NCBI GenBank assembly: GCA_016929955.1
Contig: JAFGHU010000180.1
Location: forward strand, 2,199-66,198
Reading direction: 5' to 3'
From: Bacteroidales bacterium
GTDB lineage: Bacteria; Bacteroidota; Bacteroidia; Bacteroidales; UBA12170
DNA: 64,000 nt
Position 1 is the first letter of the stretch. Each line of letters begins with the position of its first letter. Shown here piece after piece: positions 8,571-16,928 of this stretch. The position numbers and the translations under genes were made by a program. The notes beneath the pieces were generated by a model. It searched no databases and was not told the origin of the DNA. It saw only the letters and a program-made list of their open reading frames with translations.

Positions 8571-9500
8571 CTATTTTTTATTGATATATTCGATCGCACT
8601 TAAAGCAGCGATGGTTCCATCAGCAACAGCAGTTGTAATTTGACGATAGCGTTTGGCTAAAGAATCGCCGGCGGCATATACGCCTTCTATATTGGTCTGC
8701 ATTGTTGCATCAACAATGACTTCTTTCCATTCGTTTAGTTTTACAGCAGAATCGTGCAAAAGCTCTGTTTGCGCCTCATACCCAATAAAAATAAAAACGC
8801 CATCAATTGCTTTTGTCGATTTCTCACCACTAGGAATATGTTCAATCTCGACTTCTCGTAGTCCGCCTTCACCTCTGAATTCGGTAATCTTCGATTCCAT
8901 AATGAAATCAATTTTTTTGTTGGCTTTGGCTTCGTCTATGGCATGCTGAAAGGCTTGAAAATGATCGAATTGATGAATAATGGTTACTTTGCTGGCATAT
9001 TTGGTTAAAGAAACAGCTTCTTCCAATGCCGAATTTCCTCCACCTACTACAATGATTTCTTTTCCGGTAAAAAAGTCGCCATCGCAGGTTGCGCAATACG
9101 AAATACCCATGCCTTTAAATTGCTTTTCGCCTTTTACACCAAGCATTCTGGAACGCCCTCCGGTAGCCAAAATAATAGCTTTCGAAGTAAAAACTTCCCC
9201 TGTACTTAGTCGAATACTTTTTTCGGAGTCGTTTATATTTAATTGCTCCACTTTAGCATTCGATTTAATTGTGCAGCCAAAAGATTCGGCTTGCTTTTTC
9301 ATCGTATTGGCAAGCATATATCCACTGGTATTTTCAATGCCGGGATAGTTTGCGATTTCGTGGGTAAGGATAGTTTGTCCTCCTATTATACCGCTATCTA
9401 TAATCAGCGCTTTTGCTTTGGCTCTGGCCAGATATATTCCGGCTGTTAATCCGGCAGGTCCTCCGCCAAGGACAATTACATCGTAATTTGAGTTTTCCAT
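8571..9500 (-). CDS. trxB: Thioredoxin-disulfide reductase
   Basis: GGGPAGL FAD motif, SYCATCDG redox centre, GGGNSALEEA and GVYAAGD; start placed at MENSNYD. Confidence 0.93.
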   Translation of the reverse strand: MENSNYDVIVLGGGPAGLTAGIYLARAKAKALIIDSGIIGGQTILTHEIANYPGIENTSGYMLANTMKKQAESFGCTIKSNAKVEQLNINDSEKSIRLSTGEVFTSKAIILATGGRSRMLGVKGEKQFKGMGISYCATCDGDFFTGKEIIVVGGGNSALEEAVSLTKYASKVTIIHQFDHFQAFQHAIDEAKANKKIDFIMESKITEFRGEGGLREVEIEHIPSGEKSTKAIDGVFIFIGYEAQTELLHDSAVKLNEWKEVIVDATMQTNIEGVYAAGDSLAKRYRQITTAVADGTIAALSAIEYINKK

Positions 9501-9589
9501 AAAAATCGAAAATAAAAATAAAGGAGCTTGCTTCAAAAGCCGATATTGTGTATCGTGCGCTTGAAACGAGCTCTATTATTATTTATAAT

Positions 9590-9943
9590 TTATTTTGCAA
9601 ATTCGCTATCCAAAATAGTTTTAACCATATCCATATTCTGAATACTGCTTGTGGCTTTGGCCACTTTGCCATTTTTAAAGTAAACCGTAAAAGGCAAGCC
9701 CATAAATGATCTACACTCGGGCAGATTTCTGATCGCTGCTGCCTCGGGACTGTCGAAAAGCATATCGCGAAACTCAATGTGATCGTAATCACCTGAATCT
9801 TCAAATGTTTTCATAATATCGTAAACAGGCAAACACATGGGCCCCATGCGGCCACAACATACCATTACGTTTTCTTTTTCGTTGATTAACTCTGTTAGCT
9901 CGTTTGCGGTAGCTACATGTTTGAGATTAGTTGGTAATACCAT
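9590..9943 (-). CDS. Thioredoxin-fold protein with atypical CCGRMGPMC motif
   Basis: Thioredoxin-like C-terminus GLPFTVYFKNGK, 117 aa, directly upstream of trxB. Confidence 0.8.
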   Translation of the reverse strand: MVLPTNLKHVATANELTELINEKENVMVCCGRMGPMCLPVYDIMKTFEDSGDYDHIEFRDMLFDSPEAAAIRNLPECRSFMGLPFTVYFKNGKVAKATSSIQNMDMVKTILDSEFAK

Positions 9944-9985
9944 TTTATATTTATATTTTGTTATTAATTCGGTATTTGCCTTCTA

Positions 9986-10001
9986 TCAGAAATTGTGCCA
10001 A
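9986..10001 (-). promoter_or_regulatory. Putative sigma54 (-24/-12) promoter
   Basis: Minus strand TTGGCACAATTTCTGA about 45 nt before the ATG; perfect TGGCAC -24 box, imperfect -12. Confidence 0.45.
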
Positions 10002-10131
10002 ATAGTGATTCTAAAGCGATTTAAAATTTGACATAAAAAAAACTAAAACAGAAGACAGTTTGTCAGTAATCGACCGACAAAACTGTCGTAAATAATGCTT
10101 TAGTTTAGAAAAATGAAAGAATTGAAGAGGT

Positions 10132-11454
10132 CTAATTTAGTTTGACATCATCAATCAATTCTGTTTCGAAAAAGAATTTATTCTTGCCAAATGCGGGTTT
10201 AAGATCGTCGAGCCATTTTGCTTTTTCGTCATATTCAGCAAAAAACGGGCGTTTTACCCAATCGGAATTCCGACCTTGAATAAAATTCAGAGTGAGTACT
10301 TCGTCTCCATCAATAGTTGTTGGGCCAACGATTTCTATTTTGCCGGGGTGCGCCGACATGCTAGGCCCGCGGACAGTTCGTGCAATGCCGCTCACTTGTC
10401 TGTAAGCGTCTTTGTATATTTGCCAGGCTTTTACAAGAGGTACCGAAAAATAATGTTGTGCACCGGTATCGCGAGCAATAAACATATAATAAGGAATCAG
10501 TCCCAATTTAACTTGCGTATTCCACATATCGCGCCAAATCCAAGCTTTATTGTTGATATGATTCATAATGGGCGATTGTGTTCTAATTTCTACACCTGCT
10601 TTTTTAATATTTTTGATGGCTATTTTTACAGCTTCGGTTTTTAATTCGGCAGGATGATTTAGATGTGCCATAAAGGCAAGGTGTTTTCCGGCTTTAACGA
10701 TACGTTCAAATAGTTCCAAAATTCCTTCAGAATCTTTGTCGTTTATATAGCGGTAAGGCCAATAAGAAAGCGATTTTGTACCAATCCGAATGGTTTGAAT
10801 ATGTTCCAGCTCAGGATCGAGGAAAGGCTCAATATAAGCTTTTAATCTACTGGCTGTCATAGTCATAGGATCGCCTCCGGTAAATAAAATATCAGTTATC
10901 TTAGGATGGCGTTTTAAATATTTTACAGCATCGCTTGTTTCGTTTTGGGCAAATTTCAGGTTCTTATCGCCTATAAATTGAGGCCAACGAAAACAGAAGG
11001 TGCAATAGGCATGGCAGGTTTGACCGTGACTAGGAAAAAACAAGAGGGTTTGGTCGTATTTATGCTGAACGCCATGCAAACGTTGTCCATCCATAATAGG
11101 TACATTATGATCCTGTTGGCCGGCCGGATTTGGGTTCAGTTCAGTACGAATATCATTGACAATTTTTCTTAGATCACTGAGTGGGATTTCATTTTTTAAG
11201 GCTTGATCAACCAATTCATAATGTTCTTTTTCGAGCATATCCTTTTGAGGAAAAGTTAGGATGAATAGGGGATCGTGGGGTACGTTTTCCCAGTTTATTA
11301 ATTCATCAATCACATAATTGTTTACTTTAAAAGGAAGAACGTGACCAACAACTTCAATGGCTCTTATTTGATCTGCATTTAGATATTGGTTTATCTGAGG
11401 GATTTGATCAAAATTGTGTAACGAATAAACTTTATAATCTTGGGTTTCAATCAT
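10132..11454 (-). CDS. KamA-family radical SAM protein (lysine 2,3-aminomutase-like)
   Basis: QHKY, CHAYCTFCFR, ILFTGGDPM, IRIGTK, HLNHPAEL, PYYMF and PGK motifs. Start placed at MIETQ behind a TATCTTTG box at 11478-11485. Confidence 0.88.
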   Translation of the reverse strand: MIETQDYKVYSLHNFDQIPQINQYLNADQIRAIEVVGHVLPFKVNNYVIDELINWENVPHDPLFILTFPQKDMLEKEHYELVDQALKNEIPLSDLRKIVNDIRTELNPNPAGQQDHNVPIMDGQRLHGVQHKYDQTLLFFPSHGQTCHAYCTFCFRWPQFIGDKNLKFAQNETSDAVKYLKRHPKITDILFTGGDPMTMTASRLKAYIEPFLDPELEHIQTIRIGTKSLSYWPYRYINDKDSEGILELFERIVKAGKHLAFMAHLNHPAELKTEAVKIAIKNIKKAGVEIRTQSPIMNHINNKAWIWRDMWNTQVKLGLIPYYMFIARDTGAQHYFSVPLVKAWQIYKDAYRQVSGIARTVRGPSMSAHPGKIEIVGPTTIDGDEVLTLNFIQGRNSDWVKRPFFAEYDEKAKWLDDLKPAFGKNKFFFETELIDDVKLN

Positions 11455-11598
11455 AGGCTTATATTTTTTTGGGAGTGCAAAGATACTAAAAAAATGGTAA
11501 AAATCCAAGACGTACAGTTTTGCAAAACTGTTCAAAAATTAAGGTTTTGGATTGCTTTGAGTTAAAAAATAGTTAAATACCTTTGCAAAAAATATGAA

Positions 11599-12645
11599 AT
11601 GGAAGTTAGAGAAGCCTATTTTGGAACTACGGCATCGGGAGAAAAAATTTCTCAGTTTATTTTGGATAACAATCTTCAAACACGAATTAAAATATTGAAT
11701 TTTGGGGCTATTGTACAATCCATAGAAACTGTAGATAAATTTGGAAAATTGGCTGATATCGTTTTGGGTTACGATACATTAAAGGCGTATGAAAGCGATC
11801 CCTTTTATTTTGGAGCTGTGGTAGGACGAGTAGCTAATCGGATTGGAAATGCGCAGTATGTCGATGGTCCCTTTATGGTTAAATTGGATAAAAACGAAGG
11901 GAAACATCATTTGCACGGCGGACATCAGGCATTAAATAAAGCCATTTGGAAAGCAAAGCCCTTTACTAAAAACAATTCTGTTGGTGTTGAACTTACCTAC
12001 CGATCTGCTGATGGTGAAAATGGATATCCCGGCAATGTCGATTTTAAAGTGCGCTATATTTTGAATAATGCAAATCAGTTTATGATTTATTTCTTTGCAG
12101 AAACGGATAAGCGAACACCTGTAAATTTAAGCTCTCATATCTATTATAATTTAGCTTCAGAAAAATCGGCAAATGTATTGGATCATATTGTGATGATTAA
12201 TTCGATAAAGTACTTGGATACTAACGCCGAACGTATTCCTACTGGAAAATATAATTATGCTATGGGCAGCCCACTAAATTTTTCAAGAGGAAAAACAATT
12301 GGCATTGATATAGAAAAAATAGAAGGCGGTTTTGATCATACTTTTGTAATTAATAAAGAAATCGGTCGCTTATTAGTTACTTCGCGTGTAATTGAACCCC
12401 AAAGCGGTAGAATATTAGATATTGTTACCGATCAGCCCACTTTACAGTTTTTTACAGCCAATGGTTTTAATGGCAATTTAACAGGGAAAAATGGACTTAC
12501 GTATGAACAATATGCCGGATTTTGTATGGAAACACAAGCCTTTCCTGATGCGCCAAACCATGCCAATTTCCCTTCTATATTTTTAAATCCCGGAGAAAAA
12601 TACAGCAGTCACACCCAAATCAGCTTTCAGCTTAAACAGGATTAG
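11599..12645 (+). CDS. galM: Aldose 1-epimerase (galactose mutarotase)
   Basis: GAVVGRVANRI, LHGG, GYPG, FDH and CMETQ..PDAPN motifs; TACCTTTG box at 11578-11585. Confidence 0.93.
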   Translation: MEVREAYFGTTASGEKISQFILDNNLQTRIKILNFGAIVQSIETVDKFGKLADIVLGYDTLKAYESDPFYFGAVVGRVANRIGNAQYVDGPFMVKLDKNEGKHHLHGGHQALNKAIWKAKPFTKNNSVGVELTYRSADGENGYPGNVDFKVRYILNNANQFMIYFFAETDKRTPVNLSSHIYYNLASEKSANVLDHIVMINSIKYLDTNAERIPTGKYNYAMGSPLNFSRGKTIGIDIEKIEGGFDHTFVINKEIGRLLVTSRVIEPQSGRILDIVTDQPTLQFFTANGFNGNLTGKNGLTYEQYAGFCMETQAFPDAPNHANFPSIFLNPGEKYSSHTQISFQLKQD

Positions 12646-13568
12646 TTTTTTACTTGTTGTTTTTTATTGTCGGTGTTCAATTTGATAATTGCAAAAATCA
12701 TAACGGCAGCGCTAATCCATTGGATTGGACTTAACAGATGTTTATTAAAAATATAATCGAACAAAATGGCCGAGATAGGAAAGAAAAGTTCCGAAACGGT
12801 TGATATTATTGCCCTCACGTGTTTTAGTCCGTAGTAATATAAAAAGATAGCTCCGGAGCCTGTGGTTAAAGAAATAATCCCTATCATCCACCAATTTAAA
12901 GGTGTAATTTTTTCAAATTCGAAAATTTGACCGTTGCCAATAACAAAGATGAGCATAATAAGCGTAGTTAAACCATAGCGAAAAAAAGCGGCAGAAATAA
13001 AATCGAGTTTTCGTAAAAGTCGCTTGCTGAAAACGGTTGAACTTCCAAATGAGAATGCCGCTAAAACACTAAAAAGGGCGGCCATTAATGTGTTAGGATC
13101 TTCTTGAATTCGGGGAAGTGCCAATCCAAAAGTAAGAAAATAACCGGCAATAAGGGCCAATAGTGTCCACCGTATAAAATTCCGTCCCAGTTTTTCTTTT
13201 AAAAAGGTGGCTGCCAAAAGGATAGCAAAAATTGGTTGTAGTTTCTGCAATAAAACAACGATGCTAAGCGATTGAAAATCAACCAAAAAAAGTGCTTTTA
13301 CTATAGAAACTGTCCCCAGAGCCCCGCCAAAAATAGCAATGCCAAATAGAGCAATTGTTTCGTTTAGACTTAATTTTTTGATGAGTTTATAGCGTCTAAA
13401 CAAAAACAGATTCATCAGTAAGAAAGGGAAAAGATGCAGAACGAAAACAACAAAACTGATGTTCAGGTTGTTTAAACGAGGTGTCAGAACTACGCCATCG
13501 AAACCCCATAAAATAGCTGAAATACTTATCAATACTGCACCTAAAACAACATTCCTTTTATTTTCCAT
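12642..13568 (-). CDS. DMT/EamA family transporter
   Basis: About 10 TM segments in two EamA repeats (ILWG, LQPIFAILLAATFLKE). Confidence 0.85.
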   Translation of the reverse strand: MENKRNVVLGAVLISISAILWGFDGVVLTPRLNNLNISFVVFVLHLFPFLLMNLFLFRRYKLIKKLSLNETIALFGIAIFGGALGTVSIVKALFLVDFQSLSIVVLLQKLQPIFAILLAATFLKEKLGRNFIRWTLLALIAGYFLTFGLALPRIQEDPNTLMAALFSVLAAFSFGSSTVFSKRLLRKLDFISAAFFRYGLTTLIMLIFVIGNGQIFEFEKITPLNWWMIGIISLTTGSGAIFLYYYGLKHVRAIISTVSELFFPISAILFDYIFNKHLLSPIQWISAAVMIFAIIKLNTDNKKQQVKN

Positions 13569-13696
13569 AGTGTTTAATAAAGCTGCAAAGGTCATAAAAT
13601 TTTGCATATTAAAAAATACGAAGTTTCCTGAGCTAAAGCCGACTCTTTTTTTTGCTTGAAATAGATTTGTCGTACCTTTGAATTAAAACGATTCCT

Positions 13697-14791
13697 ATGG
13701 AAATAAGTAAACCCACTTTGATGGTGGATCTAAAAAAAGTGGAGCGAAATATCAATAGAATGGCTGATAAATTCAGGGAGAAAAATATTGCTTTTCGTCC
13801 TCATTTTAAAACCCATCAATCCAACTTTATTGGCGAATATTTTAAAAAAGCAGGAGTGGATAAATGCACGGTTTCTTCGCTGGGAATGGCGGAGTATTTT
13901 GCTGCAAATGGGTGGCAGGATATCTGTATCGCTTTTCCGGCTAACGTATTGGAAATTAATAGAATGAATGATTTGTCTAAGCGGGTTCAACTGCAGATTT
14001 TAGTTGATTCTGTGGAAAAAGTACAACTATTAGCAGCTGGTATTAGCGCAAATACAAATCTATTTATCGAGATCGATACGGGTTATTTTCGCTCGGGAAT
14101 TCTGTATGACGCAGTGGCTGAAATTGAAAAAATTATGCACACGATTGAGGCTTTTCCTCAGTTTAAATTTGTCGGGTTTTTGAGTCATACCGGAAATACG
14201 TATACTCAACAATCGCCAAGCGAAATTAGTACGCTATTCAATGAATCACGACAGAAATTAATTGATTTAAAGAAACGGTTTTTACCTCGTTTTCCGAACC
14301 TCATTCTTTCTATGGGAGATACACCTGCTGCATCTATTGTTAATGATTATAGCGGCATCGACGAAATGCGCCCGGGAAATTTTGTGTTTTATGATAGTAT
14401 GCAATATTTTTTGGGGTCTTGTACGCTAAACGAAATTGCTGTGGTTGTTTATTGTCCTGTTGTGGCAAAATATCCGGAAAGAAATCAACTGGTGATTTAC
14501 GGCGGCGGAGTTCATTTATCAAAAGAGAAATTAACCCGGAATGGGAAAGCGATCTATGGCTTAGTTTCAAAACCAAATAGTACAGGTTTTGGTGAATTAA
14601 TTCCCGGAAGTTTTGTCGAAAGTTTATCGCAAGAACATGGGATTATATATATGCCTGAGGCAGAGATGAAACAAATCCAATTGGGCGATTTGCTGGCCGT
14701 ATATCCCGTTCATTCTTGTATGACCGTAGATTTAAACAAACAGATGCTTAGTTTGGAAGGTTTGCAAATTCCGAAATACAGAACGTATTAA
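13697..14791 (+). CDS. PLP fold-type III enzyme, D-threonine aldolase / DSD1 D-serine dehydratase family
   Basis: RPHFKTH (PLP Lys), EIDTG..RSG, EMRPGNFVFYD, SQEHG and PVHSC motifs. Confidence 0.88.
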   Translation: MEISKPTLMVDLKKVERNINRMADKFREKNIAFRPHFKTHQSNFIGEYFKKAGVDKCTVSSLGMAEYFAANGWQDICIAFPANVLEINRMNDLSKRVQLQILVDSVEKVQLLAAGISANTNLFIEIDTGYFRSGILYDAVAEIEKIMHTIEAFPQFKFVGFLSHTGNTYTQQSPSEISTLFNESRQKLIDLKKRFLPRFPNLILSMGDTPAASIVNDYSGIDEMRPGNFVFYDSMQYFLGSCTLNEIAVVVYCPVVAKYPERNQLVIYGGGVHLSKEKLTRNGKAIYGLVSKPNSTGFGELIPGSFVESLSQEHGIIYMPEAEMKQIQLGDLLAVYPVHSCMTVDLNKQMLSLEGLQIPKYRTY

Positions 14792-16779
14792 TTGTTTTTT
14801 TGACTATTGAATAAATGATGAGCCATTTTTTCAACTAAAATATTCCAGTCGATAGGTTTTGAAATATAATCGTCGCAACCGGCCTCAATAGCACTTTCTT
14901 CTTCATTGTGGATGGCATAAGCAGTTTGAGCAATGATGGGGATATCAGGCCGTACTGATTTTATTTCTTTGGTAGCATCATAGCCACTCAAAATGGGCAT
15001 TTTTATATCCATCAAAATGAGATCAATTTTTTTGTTTACAGTAAACAAGCTAATTGCTTCAACACCATTATGCGCCCAAAGAATTTTTGTTTTCCAGGGT
15101 TTTAGATACAATTCGAGTAATTCGAAACTGTGTTTATCGTCTTCGGCAATTAAAATAGTTTTGCCTTCCAGAATACTGAGGTTTATGGCAGGTTCAAGCG
15201 TAAATTCCTTTTTTTTGATTTGTGAATTGTCGTGCGGAATGGTGAAATAAAAAGTAGATCCTTTGCCCAATTCCGATTCCAGACTTATTTCTCCTCCAAG
15301 GTTTTCGCAAAAAGCTTTTGCTATTGATAATCCAATTCCAACGCCTTCATATTCACGGGTATGTTTATCGTCCAGTTGCCTAAACACATCAAACACATGT
15401 TTTTGTTTTTCCTTTGCAATGCCAATTCCTGTGTCTTTAATATAAAATTTTAAATATTTAGCTTGTTTTAAATAACCGACTTCAATAGTTCCCTTTTTTG
15501 TGTATTTCAATGCGTTTTTTAATAGATGAATAAAGATTTGCTTGAAATGTTTGGCATCTGTTTCAATTTGTAAATCACTATCCAATTTGTCGAACTTCAA
15601 TATGAGATTGATATTGTCTTTGTTCATTTTTCTTTTTTCAAGAAAAATATACTCTTCGACTTCGTCCAATAAGTTATGCAGATTATGCTTTTCCTTGACA
15701 AAAATAGCTGTACCATCGGCCAACATGCTCAATTCAAAGATGTCGTTAATAATTTCAAGCAAGTGATTGCCACTTTTAAAAATCATCTTCGACAAAGCAG
15801 CAGCTTCTGAAATTTCCATGCTTTCGTCTATCAGATCAGAAAAGCCGATAACTGCATTTAAGGGCGTTCGTAATTCATGCGAAATCGTCGATAAAAACGT
15901 GGATTTTAAACGGTCAGATTCTTGCGCTTCGAGGAGGGCTTTTTTTAATTTTTCTTCATTCTGCTTGCGCCTCTGAATATCGCGCATAGCAACAGTTCTT
16001 ATTTCTTCTCCTTGATAAATAATGTTTTTTGCTTCCACTTCAACCCATATCAATTCGCCATCTTTACGTATGATTTGTATTTCGTAGGGAGCAGAATACT
16101 TGTCTTTTACGTTTTTAAGTACCAGTGCTTTATGCTTTTCCGGAATAAAATGGTCAATTACATTTTTACCAATAATTTCATCTCTACTGTATAATGTTAG
16201 CTGCTCTAAACTTGAATTTGCTTCAGTTGCGATTCCGTTTTTATGAATTAGTATTCCTTCAAAAGTAAGTTCGGAAAGCATTTTATAACGTGCATTGCTT
16301 TCTTTTAGTTTTTCCTGTAATTTGTTTTTTTCTGTAATATCTAAGGCCATTGATGTGATTCCAATAAGGTTTCCGTTTTCGTCGATATTGGGAATATTAT
16401 ACCAGTCGCAAAGAATTACAGCTCCGTCTTTTCTAATATTTTCGTTAGTGCTTCTTGTACCGCTTTTGTTTTGATTAAGTAAATCTAAAATAGTGGGTGT
16501 AATTTGTTTTTTTGATTTTGAAAGGATTAAGTCTTCGGCTTTTTTCCCAATGGCTTCTTCTTTTGCATATCCAAAAATAGTTTCGGCCGATTTGTTCCAA
16601 TCCGTAATTTTAAAATCGATATCCCATTCAATTACTGCCAATGGAGTGTTCTCGTTGAAAAGATCCAATTTTTGGAGTAGAAAACGCTCTTTGTTGATTT
16701 GGTTTTCTTTGGCTTTTAGTAGATTTAGAAGGCGTTTGTTTTCGCGTTCCAGATTGGTATTGTCAGCATCTTTTACCAT
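14788..16779 (-). CDS. PAS-domain hybrid sensor histidine kinase / response regulator
   Basis: Two PAS domains, SHELRTPLN H-box, DTGIGI and GIGLSI ATPase boxes, C-terminal receiver LMDIKMP...YISKP. Confidence 0.92.
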   Translation of the reverse strand: MVKDADNTNLERENKRLLNLLKAKENQINKERFLLQKLDLFNENTPLAVIEWDIDFKITDWNKSAETIFGYAKEEAIGKKAEDLILSKSKKQITPTILDLLNQNKSGTRSTNENIRKDGAVILCDWYNIPNIDENGNLIGITSMALDITEKNKLQEKLKESNARYKMLSELTFEGILIHKNGIATEANSSLEQLTLYSRDEIIGKNVIDHFIPEKHKALVLKNVKDKYSAPYEIQIIRKDGELIWVEVEAKNIIYQGEEIRTVAMRDIQRRKQNEEKLKKALLEAQESDRLKSTFLSTISHELRTPLNAVIGFSDLIDESMEISEAAALSKMIFKSGNHLLEIINDIFELSMLADGTAIFVKEKHNLHNLLDEVEEYIFLEKRKMNKDNINLILKFDKLDSDLQIETDAKHFKQIFIHLLKNALKYTKKGTIEVGYLKQAKYLKFYIKDTGIGIAKEKQKHVFDVFRQLDDKHTREYEGVGIGLSIAKAFCENLGGEISLESELGKGSTFYFTIPHDNSQIKKKEFTLEPAINLSILEGKTILIAEDDKHSFELLELYLKPWKTKILWAHNGVEAISLFTVNKKIDLILMDIKMPILSGYDATKEIKSVRPDIPIIAQTAYAIHNEEESAIEAGCDDYISKPIDWNILVEKMAHHLFNSQKNN

Positions 16780-16928
16780 GGGAAAATCACATTGCGTTTA
16801 AAATTGGTTAGGAGTTTCTTTAATTAAAATTGTTTCTAAAAGTCAAATGTAAGCATTGTAACTGTATAATACAAATGAAAATTAAAGATTATAGAAGAGC
16901 TGCAAGAATGCTTATTTCGCGACAATAA

